Assembly (NCBI GenBank): GCA_910592345.1
Contig: CAJVPI010000022.1
Location: 62,001-83,883 of the forward strand
Length of the DNA stretch: 21,883 nt
Origin: Paraglomus brasilianum
Lineage: Eukaryota
Direction: 5' to 3'
This document shows positions 1 through 11,243 of the stretch, piece by piece (the first letter of the stretch is position 1; the number at the start of each line of letters is the position of its first letter). The position numbers and the translations under genes are program-made. The notes under the pieces were generated by a model. That model saw nothing but the letters and a program-made list of their open reading frames with translations. It was not told where the DNA came from and made no database searches.

Positions 1-415
1 GCGATTATCGGACTTTGATAATGTGGTAAAATATATACGGCAAAACAATTTAGGCATTAGCATGAGAGATCTGCAAAGCCTTAAAAAGCTCATTATACGC
101 AAAAGCATTGAAAAGAAGAAACAGGCCACGCTGGAGAAATTTATCAAATTTATCGATTTTCCTTGCATAAACTGTAGTAATGTGAAGAAGCGGGATAAAA
201 AAATTCTTCACTGTCATCGTCATAGTTAAGATTGTTAAGACAAGAAGCTCTCTGCATAAATCCGTTAGTTTTTGCTATTTTTGTTTTCTTGATATATATA
301 TTTTGAATTGTTAATAAAAATCGCATTATTGGACATAATGGAGTACTATATGGGTTTGTTGTGAAAACTCAATTTAGCGGATTTCTGATTTAACGGAGAA
401 AAGAGTCGGAACCGT
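1..415 (+). mobile_element. 3' remnant of a pogo/Tigger-like (Tc1/mariner superfamily) DNA transposon: transposase C-terminus plus sub-terminal repeats
   Basis: Frame 2 is open from the window start and reads RLSDFDNVVKYIRQNNLGISMRDLQSLKKLIIRKSIEKKKQATLEKF. This resembles the helical C-terminus and PIP-box (KQxxLxxF) that ends pogo/Tigger transposases. Related motifs CTCAATTTAGCGGA / CTGATTTAACGGA at ~368-397 look like pogo sub-terminal repeats. No clean terminal TIR was seen. Confidence 0.5.
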
Positions 416-654
416 TTATCATGCACAACATATGCCTATTACTATAATTGCCCTTTGCAAGTAAATTGCGTACCACAAATTACACATGTAAATAAATCCG
501 GGATTTACATAGTGACGCTACATACAACATATTAATATCAACGTGATAAACCGCCTAACTCCACTGTACTACCCGAGCAAAACAGTATATTAATATAACT
601 ACAGCAATTTGCACACATTAACACTCAACCAAATTTTTCCAAACAGCCGACAGC

Positions 655-1157
655 ATGAACAACAATTATTTCTTCCTCGTTTTGTTAGTTGCATTTACTT
701 TTCTGGCGACTACAACGGTCACAGCTGTTCCTGCCCCAGAACAGCAAAGCTGCGCAGGTGGGTAATTAATAAATGTACAAGTAAAAGACTTTCTTTCAAG
801 CGCTTTATGGATAAAGTCTATCCTAACAAACTTTTTTGGCGATTAGGCTTCAGCGTTCTTTATCCAGCTGGCAATGAAACATTAAAGTATGGTAGTCATC
901 AAAACGTCACTGTCCAACTCGGCGAATCTAAAATTTATGTGATTGTGGAAGTCGACATATACGATGACGATCATAATTACAGGGATACATTATTCGGAGG
1001 AGAAGTACCCGTGGGTAGCAAAACCGAGGTTACCGTACCGTTTATTTTAGCGGGGGGCACCTTGTCGTCTGGAGAATATCATTACACCGTATGGGGATTC
1101 AACACTCCTACATCTCCATGCCAAACAAGCAGTAATTCCTTCATGGTGTCAAAATAA
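655..1157 (+). CDS. Small secreted protein, 137 aa, probably beta-sandwich/Ig-like; exons 655-757, 847-1157
   Basis: ATG655 opens a clear signal peptide (MNNNYFFLVLLVAFTFLATTTVTAVPAP). Intron 758-846 (GTGGGT...CCTAAC...TTAG, phase 1) joins in frame to the 609-1157 ORF, giving SCAG|FSVLYPAGNE. The mature part is beta-strand-like with only two Cys, one near each end. TATA-like sequence lies at ~587-598. Confidence 0.85.
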
Positions 1158-1845
1158 TCTATTTTTTTCTTAACATATAATAATTTAAATTTTTTATTAC
1201 ATCCTTGTTATTGTAACTTCTATAATTGCTAATTATAAAGGATAGATGTTATATGTCTATTTAATGATAATGGTACCAGTACCGTACCAACTTCCAAAGT
1301 CAAACTTTTGTTAATGAGCAATGAAAATAAAAACCATTAGCTAAGAAACTGAAAAAATACCAGTGATTTCCGTTTTTCTGTGTAAAAATATTATTAATAA
1401 ATAATTGGTTATATTATACAAGTCTTTCTCACGAACACATCATAATTGCTTCCCAAAGAAGAGGAACCTTGAAGCTCCCGAATTCACGTAGACAGTATGC
1501 GTGTTGGTGTAAAGTGCACCAAAGTAACGATATTTCAGTGCGATAACCCAAAGCGCCGAAACTTGGAAGTAAAGATATTTTGTATCCGTTCTTTAGTTTT
1601 ACTAAAGGCCCAGTTTATACATCAGAACTTGTCATTAGCAAACTATGGCATTGGTTCTTTAGATTTCGTTCTAAATCGAGGTAATGAATTACCAGTATAA
1701 CGAGCCCATACAACAATAACTGCGACTTTGGATTTACACTAGTAATAACTGTACGGATAAGCGTTCCTTACCCCTGTAAAAATCATTTATGCTGGCAATT
1801 ACGCGTATTTGCGTAATGATATTAATTATTTGTGTCTTCCTTATA

Positions 1846-2026
1846 CAGTCAAATCTGTTTATACCGAACGGGTTGGCATAGCTCTCTGTGTCCTTCCGGA
1901 TCCGGTATAGGAAAAGTTTATAAGAGACTCTGGTATAAACAAAGACTCTTCATATGAAACGAACGGTGCAAGAATCTGTGCGTGAGATTCTGGTATATAC
2001 ATTTCCGGTATAAACAGAGTTGACTG
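1846..2026. mobile_element. pogo/Tc1-type MITE, 181 bp, with TA target-site duplication
   Basis: 21-bp TIRs: CAGTCAAATCTGTTTATACCG (1846-1866) and the reverse complement of 2006-2026 (CAGTCAACTCTGTTTATACCG), 1 mismatch. TA flanks both ends (1844-45, 2027-28). Internal GGTATA sub-terminal repeats at ~1904, 1932, 1992, 2007. No coding capacity. Confidence 0.9.
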
Positions 2027-4561
2027 TATTTTTGGCACACAATTTACGAATACAAAGTGTGGGGCATTGCATTGGTGGTGTATTATAGAATGTTTAATGT
2101 TATGCTGTCCTCCTCATGGTCATTTTACCTTATAAGGAACAATTTAATGCGAATCTTATTAGAATATAACTCCTTTGCTCAAGAAATTCTAGTTTCGGCA
2201 TTACTTTGTGTAAATAAAGCAATGCATGATTCTCCTAACAATAGTTCTTCGTACGATGGGTCACGGTCCCAGAAATGAGATCTGTGGTTACATATTATTA
2301 TTTTTAACTGCCACATGGCAGGACGAAAAATCGGCTAAGCTAAATGTGTCTTACGTGACTGATGACATTCCGATCTTGTCGATTTTTATCTATGATAACG
2401 AACTTTTCATTTTCGTCATCTGGACACATGATTGTCAAGTTACATATTTTCTATGTAGTCATATACCAAAAATTAAATCACAGTAGTATCTATCTGACGT
2501 ATACAAGAACCCGAAATAGATTTTCATGAGTCCTCATTTATAGATAATCACAAATTCGACAGCACTTGGTATGGAATAAATACGTTTATATAATAATCCA
2601 ACATATCGACATCGATCGATCTTTTGCGGAGTAGGTCGCTTTGCACCTAGATGAGTTAGACGATTGCTTTTAATACTACCTGTATTGCCAGCCAGGGAAT
2701 TTGGACCGCCGATGAGAAATGGCTGGCTAGGAAATGTTATCAACGACTTCAATGTATAACAGCATCACAAGATGTCTCTACCAACTGTTTTTCTTTTAGA
2801 CCTTCGACCCTCAATTTGCAGATAGGGCACAAAAGCCAAAGCGTATCAATGAACGCTCTCACGAGCGCATACAATGAAGAGTAAGAAAATGATTGTTTAT
2901 TGAACTTTGAAACAACACGGAGCTCGAGGGATGGGAGAAGAGAGAAACATTAATCACTGAAAGTGTGATTGAAGGTTCAACCCGTCATATCCAAACAGCC
3001 TGATGTTCATAAGTTGGATGAAAAGTTGCATAATCGTTGCATGGTATGTGCCCGCAACTGTGATCGTTATACAATGAATGTTACCGAAAAGGCGTGAACG
3101 AATTTAATTTATAAATATTGATTTTTAAAGGACTATTCTAATTGCACGGAATTATAAGAACAACGATTGCGTATATATCTTTCGACAAGAATTCTCGATA
3201 AAACGGGAAATATTTAATTGTCCCAATTGGTTTATTTTCTTGTCGTGCTGCGTCTGTCACGAATTTCCGCAGAAATCACAGGGAAATACGCATTCTTGGA
3301 AATAAAGAGTCGCAACACTATGCACGTCAACAATATTAACATAATCAGCATTCAAAGGGAAAGCCATCCATCCTAAATCGTATACGATTTTACCCCTTAT
3401 CTTGTGCGATTCAGGGATTATTTAATTACGAGAACTTGGTCGGATAAATTAAAGAAGGGGTGTGAGTCTAGGGTCATGTTATTCCAACACTTTCACACGC
3501 TATCGTACCACGGGAAAAGCGCGTAGATATAACCATATGACATAGTCATCTGATTCATCACCTTACAATAGTAACCCCAAGAATTGTTCTGTCCCTGCTT
3601 GAAAACCGTAAACTCTGTGATGCAAAACGATCAGCAATTATTTTTACAAGATAGGAATCGGCATTCTTTGGTTCGTTTGTACAAATAATCGTGTCACCCT
3701 TATTATTGTGTGTATGTTATACAGAATGTTTAATATACAAATATATGAAGATTGATTATTGGTAAATTTTCAAGTGTTATTCCGTATTTGGATAGAAAAT
3801 GTAACTTGTTCTTTGCAGTCTTGAATGTTAGTATGACTGAATTGGTAAATTAATGAATGTCATAGAACCAGAAACATTATATGTGATATGCATGAACAAA
3901 AGCTTTTTGGAGCGGAAAGAATTTTGAATGTCCAGATTGCGAATAGAGATCGTGTAATTGCATCTCAACTTTAATACTGACTGCGTGGCAGAAGCACATA
4001 ATACTATCTGTCAGTTTGCCGATGACTATAAGCTTGTCTGATTTACAGTAAAAATCTTTTTCTTTAATAAAAACGTGATTTATCCACGAAAATCTTTACA
4101 AAAAAAAAAATGTACAAACAACCCATAAAGAGAGAAGTATTCGCAACCCAATGATATCATTTTGATGTGTACCCTCGCCAAAAACGCAACACGTAAATAA
4201 CATTGTACATATTAATATAGAAAGTAGTGAGCGTAGTAAGAGCATGTATGCTTAGTAATTGGAAATAGAGAGAAGGGAGAGAAAGCGTATATTTAAAAGT
4301 AGTAATCTAGGCCGTAGCGTTAATAAGACTATTGTACTTGTTGCATAAAAGAAAAAGAAGAAAAAAAAGCGAAGAAATTAAAAATAAAATGTCTATTACG
4401 CATCATAGGCATCCGTTTGTGCCAAACGGAAAAGGATGGAAAAAAAAAAAGGCAAGACTAAGTAAGTAAGGAAACCCCATCACCCATTCCTTATCAATGT
4501 CCTTTTTTGTTTTTAATGATTGACGCCTAAAATCATTATGTCGCACTCAAAGCAACATCTC

Positions 4562-5005
4562 CTATTCTTCAGTACAAGACAATGTTTCTTTTTCCAGTAT
4601 AATATCGTTTTCATCTCCATATGCATTTTCGTCATCTGCTTCTGTCGCAGCGTCATCGAATCTTCTGATTCCAGTATGCGACTCTATATTCGAGGTACGC
4701 TCTCTTAACATTGTGATTTCGCCGTATAGATCACCGACTCTATTGTTCAGGGTACGTAGCGAGTCTTTGATATCTTGACACATGTGGTGGATTGTTATGA
4801 GCATATCTCGAGTTTCATCGGATGTGAGAGGAGGAAGAGACCCATTGGCGTGATAAATGAGTTGCTGTTGTTGTTGCAGAATGTATGGAAGCATGTTTAG
4901 TTCTGCTATTGGGAGAGCGGCAAATGGTAGAGTTGAAGAGTTGGTGTGAGTCTGAGAAAAATAGCGGATATTGTCGCTAGCGTAGGGATGAGATTGCGAC
5001 TGCAT
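4562..5005 (-). CDS. Hypothetical intronless protein, 147 aa: low-complexity N-terminus, coiled coil, acidic tail (paralog A)
   Basis: ATG in good context (CAAAC-ATG) with a TATA-like run ~135 nt upstream (5136-5149). Heptad pattern in MLITIHHMCQDIKDSLRTLNNRVGDLYGEITMLRER. Aligns without gaps to the 7037-7918 protein. Confidence 0.7.
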   Translation of the reverse strand: MQSQSHPYASDNIRYFSQTHTNSSTLPFAALPIAELNMLPYILQQQQQLIYHANGSLPPLTSDETRDMLITIHHMCQDIKDSLRTLNNRVGDLYGEITMLRERTSNIESHTGIRRFDDAATEADDENAYGDENDIILEKETLSCTEE

Positions 5006-6108
5006 GTTTGTTGGATCAAATTGTAGAGCGTGTGCAAAAGTAAAAGTTTCTATCGGTATTTGATTTTGCTTTTGACTTTGAATGTCTGGCTCGATAAAAA
5101 ATTGTCAGTTCGAGGTAGTTTAAGCAGAAGAGTTGTTTATATATATATACAGTATAGTATATTTGCTTGTATTAGCGATTACCGGTATCAAAGATATTGT
5201 TTACGAGATAGAAATCTGGGAAATGGGATAAAATATTGTCGGAGCTTGTTGCAGTATTTAAATACTTGTACGTTGGAAAAATGAAAACCCTCTTTGATGC
5301 ACTTTTTATAGTATATTTCCTTGCCAATTTGAAATCAATAATCGGTAAGCAGCCGAGATTTGTTCGTCATCGGTTCTAACGCCGAAATTGTAGCCTTCTT
5401 TTTTCTACAAACCGCGGACGCTGGCTTATGAATTCTTGTTAACAATGTCCGAGCCACCAATTCCAAGCCTTATAGTAAAAGCGAAACGTGCATATTTATA
5501 TTGTGTAAATTTGCGGAGATTAAATTTGGCCACTTGTACTCCATTGATTTAGCATATTGCCGATCGGATGACCGATATGGATTTGCGTCGGCCGAAAGCT
5601 TAAATAATGAGACACACAAAGTCTTACTAATGCCTAGTGCGAAATGGCCCAAATAAGTCTAAATTGTGGGTGCATTACTTGCAATAGTAATTAATGAAGG
5701 TTGAATGCAACATGGTCGCTGTTTCAGACGAAGCGTTCGTTTCAACTTTTGAGGTTATGGTTGGGCGGGTTGAACAAAAAAGTGTCGCGGAATGCCGATC
5801 GGCTTGGTTAGATCGCTTACTCAGCCTAATGGAGGGGGTTGACATCATGACAAAGAATTCCATTGTGTCTTTTTCATGTGAGTCCTTTGTCTCAGACAAT
5901 CGACATTCTCTTGTTAGCCATAGTGATAGAGAGAGAGTGACTATAATCTCTATAGTCTCATTGACATCTATATTCCAACTAGTTGCAGCCCCCTTTTTGT
6001 GTTTCTGATTTTGTTTTCTCGATTGAAAACTCCGATAATCGAATAAAGTCCATTAGGTCCAAACGAAGCAAGTCAATAAGCAAAAGAATGCGTCAAAATA
6101 GTAAATTA

Positions 6109-6255
6109 GTCCTACATCATGTCCTACTTATGGAAACCCATGTCCTACATAGGGAAACTCATGTCCTACATATTAATATGGAACTCATGTCCTACATATG
6201 GAAACTCGTGTCCTACATCCCACATCCATCCCACATCCAACATCCCACATCTCAC
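6109..6255. repeat. Minisatellite (~21-bp unit ATGTCCTACATATGGAAACTC) decaying into TCCCACA repeats
   Basis: GTCCTAC cores start at 6109, 6121, 6142, 6163, 6189 and 6210 (spacings 12/21/21/26/21), followed by several CATCCCA copies to ~6255. Confidence 0.85.
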
Positions 6256-7036
6256 ACACAAAATATACGGAAAACCATGAATGATACTGTTCCACGTTTG
6301 CTAATTTAAGTATTCAAGTCTTGTTACTAATTTGGGGTCCTATTCATAGGCCAATCGGTTTCCTTAACTGCCAGTACACCGCATAAGTACATAAGCAAAC
6401 ATTCCACGACATTTTAACTTTATTCAACCTTTTTCTTTTCTTGCACACACAAAAAGACAAAGCCTCCAGTAAGAGTCAGTCTAGCAAAAACAAACATTTA
6501 TTGACAGGTACGCGATCATATAAAAATAGCCGTGATCAAAGAACTTTTTAAGGAACGTCGATTGGAAAAAAGGAAGGAGAAATATGAAACCAACTATCAA
6601 ATGATAACGTAATAACCGAATTTTTTTGTTCTATATAAATTTATTATATATCAATTACAGTAGTGTAGCAATAGCTATTTAATTAATTTGGCACGGCGAT
6701 TATAAAAGGTGGATCTTGAATATAAATAAATACTTTGACGACCGACTGGACGGGTTTCAACTGTCAATCCATTCATTTGATCGAGGCAATATATGGCTAG
6801 TCCCGTTCGAAGTCCACCGTCGATTGCCTGACGTCATACGCAATCGGCATATCGAACTGCGCTTTGCCCTGTTTTCTGACCCAAACTTTTCGTGAGATTG
6901 GAGGGACTTGCCATTATGACAAATGGACATGGTTCTCTCTGTCCGTATCGTATCGCTTTCTCGTCTTTTTACATTTACAAATTATAGATCTATCTCTGTT
7001 ATTCTTGTCTGTAACTCGACATCTACATACAATAAA

Positions 7037-7918
7037 TCATGAATCTATGTCTTTCAACAATTCCTCCTCTTCTTCTTCTTCTTCTTCTTCTTCTTCGTCT
7101 TCTGATTCCTCCTCTTCCTCGTCCACATCTTCGTCCTCTTCCTCTCCACTATCCTCCTCGTCGTCGTCCTCTTCGGTATGCCATCCACCAAACAACTCTT
7201 TTATCCTATGCTCGATATTCCTCCTAACGCATCGCAATGACTTTTGTTCCTCCTCGGTTATCCCAACCTGCTGTTCACGACACTTTATATCAGATACTTC
7301 CTTCCATAGCCCGTTAAGATGCTCATGTAGTCCCGTTAGCGACTGTCGAAGGTCGCGGCACAAGTACTGCAAATTTACTAGTATTTCTTGTGTTGGCTGG
7401 GATATTCTTGGTTGCAGGTTTGGGTGGGGAGTCGTTCGTTGAAAGGATATAGGGCAGAACCGATTCTGTAGCTGGTGAGTTTGAATAGAGGACGAGGATG
7501 AGGAATTGGGTCGTTGGAAGGATATAGGGCAGAACCGATTCTGTAGTTGATGAGTTTGAATGGATGAGGAAATATTTCGCCGAAAGGAGGATATTGGGCA
7601 GAATCGATCCCGTCGTTGGTGAGTCTGGACAGAGGATGAGGACGATGGTGATGACGATGACGATGACGACGACGATGTTATTGTTGCTGTTGGCGTCGGC
7701 GTTGATGAGAACGTTGTTGATTCAGATTGCAAGGGTACTGATGATGAAGATGAGTTTCGGACTAGAATTAGTTCGGGAAGAGGAAAAGAGGCAAGTGGTG
7801 GTGTTGATGGCGGTGTTGGTGTTTGTTGCGCATTCGGTATATTTGTCCGACGATAATAAAAGTTTGTAGGTTGGTAGCGATTTCGATTAGAATGAAGGTG
7901 TGAATGTGGGTTCTGCAT
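7037..7918 (-). CDS. Hypothetical intronless protein, 293 aa: Ser/Pro/Thr-rich, three internal repeats, coiled coil, long Asp/Glu tail (paralog B)
   Basis: The first ATG of the long 7037-8002 ORF is at 7918 (8002 is GTG). TATAAAT lies on the minus strand at ~8034-8040. It shares N-terminal, central and coiled-coil motifs with 4562-5005. Confidence 0.75.
   Translation of the reverse strand: MQNPHSHLHSNRNRYQPTNFYYRRTNIPNAQQTPTPPSTPPLASFPLPELILVRNSSSSSVPLQSESTTFSSTPTPTATITSSSSSSSSSPSSSSSVQTHQRRDRFCPISSFRRNISSSIQTHQLQNRFCPISFQRPNSSSSSSIQTHQLQNRFCPISFQRTTPHPNLQPRISQPTQEILVNLQYLCRDLRQSLTGLHEHLNGLWKEVSDIKCREQQVGITEEEQKSLRCVRRNIEHRIKELFGGWHTEEDDDEEDSGEEEDEDVDEEEEESEDEEEEEEEEEEEELLKDIDS
7437..7645 (-). 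repeat. Three intragenic tandem repeats (~22-24 aa, S-rich + QTHQxx[DN]RFCPIS)
   Basis: VQTHQRRDRFCPISSFRR / IQTHQLQNRFCPISFQRP / IQTHQLQNRFCPISFQRT. Copies 2 and 3 are near-identical at DNA level (AGGATATAGGGCAGAACCGATTCTGTAG). Confidence 0.9.
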
Positions 7919-10900
7919 TCTCTTGTTTTTCTCTCGCTCTTTTTTGATAGTTGGTTTTTGTAGAGTAAGAAAGAATGATGGGTTTTGCTTGTTTGTGTGC
8001 ACTTGGGGGAGGGCAAAAGAAGAAATGGCAAATATTTATAGCTGTGCGAGTTTACAAGGTATCATTTCACTATTAAAAGGAATACAAATGGGGTTGGTGG
8101 TGGGGGGGTGGGGGTTGTATGTGTGTATGTGTTTGCCTATAATATTTACGTTTGTTTAATCACTTTTATTTTTTTAGAAAGCGGTATAACGTGAGACCTC
8201 GTCGTTTATCCTTTTTACTCTCGATGTCAATTACAAGAATCTGCTCGACTATTGGGCTTAGTCCGATTTATATCTCTGGTTCATGACAAATGTTCTATTA
8301 TCCGGGATGCATCTTTTTTGAACACAATTATGGGCTGTTTACCCAGCCCAGAGTTAGTGTTCTGTTCACTTGTTGCATATTTTAATTGTAAATATTAAAA
8401 TAAAGTAATAAATCGTGTTCTACTTTTGTCACTCTTGCCGGCATTAAAATGTTATTCCGCCTGAGCAGCCTATAAAAGCATACATCACATAATATATCAA
8501 GGCTAAACCAAAGTACCGCTGTTTGTTACATTTACAATACCGTTTATTTCGATTATTTTCAATCGGCTATTAGGAACGAATTTACTCCGGGTGAATTTCT
8601 CACTTTTTTGGACAATCCTAAAAGGCTTGGCATACATGTTGTGACCAGTGTGTGATCTGCTTTTGGTGTCTGTGTGCATTAATTCGGATAGTAATTTGGC
8701 CGGATGATCCGGCACGTGTGGATGCAACATTAAAATGCAGTCTATCTTATCTTTATATGCTATTATCATTACCGTTACAGTATTAGTGATTGGCCCCGCA
8801 ATTTACGTATTTTGCCATCAGGTCATATTTCTACCGAAGTGGAGGTGACATTTTTATCCATATCCGGAACTGTTCCCTTGACTCGTAATATGTTTTAGTG
8901 CAGAATCATTGGTTACACCACCTCGCCCATTGTAAAAGAAATACCTAGTTTGCTGAAAAGGCCTTGAAATTTATGATGTAATATCCATACCTTTCTTACT
9001 ATTATTACCCGGCAAACAAAATATTATTTATGCCGTGGTTTCTTATATTATCTTTTTCGCCCGCATGTTCGGCAACATAATCATCCTACTGAAACAAATA
9101 CACAATCAATCTTGTATCATTGCATCTCTCTTTGAATTATACTTTTTTAAAAATGCAAAGAGAAACACGTTCTAAAAAGGACAAGCCCCAATGCACAGGG
9201 TGTGACAGACTAAACTCAAGATGAGGGCGATAAGGACTTGGTCTGGAGAGGGAATAAATAGGTAAGGACGTTTTTTGACAGCAGTTTTAGTACGAGTGGC
9301 TTTTAAGTACTAGTGGCAAATTTCTGTCAACTCGTAGCAAAGAAATTTCTGTTATTCTGTCCGGAGACGGAGGGTTGTTGTCTGTTGTGGAAATGGATAA
9401 ATTACTTCATTTCTTATCGATTGTTTTATTCTCATAGTCTGGAAAAGGCGTACTCGTAATGCATTGTACCATTTATATTGTTTTGAAGATCCTTTTTGTT
9501 GATGGTGAGACACGCCTTTTGTAATGGGCATGCGGTGTGTGGCTTGGTTTATCAGATGATAAACACGTACAAGTACCTACACGTGAATGTGGTAGAAACT
9601 ACATCTACTTGTATGCGAATCTCTACGCCGCTTGTCAAGGCGCATCTGTACTTTAATACTTCAAACTTGATTGCGTATTAAGATCAACAAACATATTAAC
9701 ACGGGTGAAAATTCTGTTGATTTATTTATTATGGACGATTTCCCTTTAGAACCAGTAAACCCTCCTTATTTCTGCAAACAGTCACAAGTTCTGAGCAGAA
9801 TGTTCGATAAATGGAATAAACTTTATTATCTCATCTTATACTGGCACATTAAGAAATTACAAGTCGAGATTCTGCGATTAATGTATAATGAGAACGGTTT
9901 TAATTGGCTAGATTTCCACCCTCTGTCCAATTATATCGTGTATTCAATTATAATATCAACTATACATTTATTTTCTTCCAATTAAAATCTTAAACATAGT
10001 GGACCTATCGTCCGCATTAGTTTAAAGTCATTTTTTGGCGCTTAAATATTATTGGCAAAAAATATTATCCGCAACAGAATATAACCGAGATACTTACAAA
10101 TTAATGTTTCATTCTCAATCAAGGCATAGTGAGACTTCCCGTCGGCTGGAAGACAAAACTGCCTCACGTTGCAAACATATTACAAACGTAAAAGTGTTCC
10201 CGTATAATGGAGACGTGATAACTATGCACTTAAATGGGAGACTCGGTCCAATTATGCATTCGGTATCGACAACGAATATTCGACGAACGTTACTAATATT
10301 AAGAAGTATTATACTTACTCGAGGGTTAATTCAACCACACACTTACGTCAAAGAGGCTGCTCGGCTACCTACCTAGCCGCCGCCAAGAGCCTCCTGGCAT
10401 GGACAAACGTTATACTAGGGTAATGATTTGATTAATGTATCTTAGCAAGAGAATATCAAATCAAGCCTAGCGTGACTTTACGTAAACTGAGACGTTTCGA
10501 GAATTGCTTTCGCTCATTTACAATGAGAAAGTACGCCATATACTGTTAGTCAGTTCCCTGCTCGCGAAGTAGTCATGATATTTATCCAAGCATTCTATTA
10601 TAGTCTACGGTAAAATACGGAGATCCCGATTTAACTACTCCAAGACACTTGCGCGCGTGATACGTATGTAATCCAATAAAACATTCAAACACATTGCTGA
10701 ATAGCATGCAAAAATAAAAAACGCCAACTGTGTCTATCTGTTATTACTAGTATATGAAGTTTCAAAGTGTTGCACAAGCTGTATTAATATCATGAAACTG
10801 TAATCAATAATTACTAACCAAACGCTGGAAAAAGAAATCATAGACGTCTCTATATTTATAAAAACAGCAGACATGTTTACTTGTACCGAGTTGCAGTTTA

Positions 10901-11243
10901 AATAGGTCATATTTATTTTGTTACGGTTGGGTTTTTTGGGTGGGAGAACGATATTATCTTTCGCATAGGTGTCCAGTAGTTGTTCAATTAAACTGAATTA
11001 TGCTTCGAGTGACCTATTTAATTACGCACCCACCCATCTCTCTATACATAGTAATCCTCTACTCTTATCCAAGTAGACGCATTTCAGGTATTCGATCAAA
11101 ATATAGAAAATAAGTTCTGGTATCCTCTTATCATTCGTTGGTGACCTATTAGCAGTTATCTCTGGCCGAATACTATTAATTGATAACATCTCCAGCAATA
11201 AATTTCGCTTATTAGTATAAAGTGAACAATCAATGTTAAAACG

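Noticed and set aside
5470..6100. Short ORFs on both strands between the paralogs
   Set aside because: No recognisable motifs and no coherent splice model.
6109..6255. CRISPR-like or guide array
   Set aside because: The inter-core sequences are themselves repeated, so this is a simple minisatellite.
6797..6848. Hairpin CGATTGC/GCAATCG with TGACGTCA in the loop, followed by CTAG on the minus strand, as a Helitron 3' end
   Set aside because: The spacing of ~20 nt is long, CTAG is not followed by T, and no matching 5' end or Rep/Hel remnants were seen.
6864..7869. Plus-strand ORFs 6864-7442, 7039-7227 and 7564-7869
   Set aside because: Antisense shadows of the low-complexity, microsatellite-rich paralog B.
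8503..10376. ORFs 8503-8769, 9496-9681, 9671-9985 and 10035-10376, plus the palindrome GCCGGAT-G-ATCCGGC at 8699-8713
   Set aside because: Mostly non-ATG starts, no domain-like motifs, and an isolated palindrome compatible with chance.
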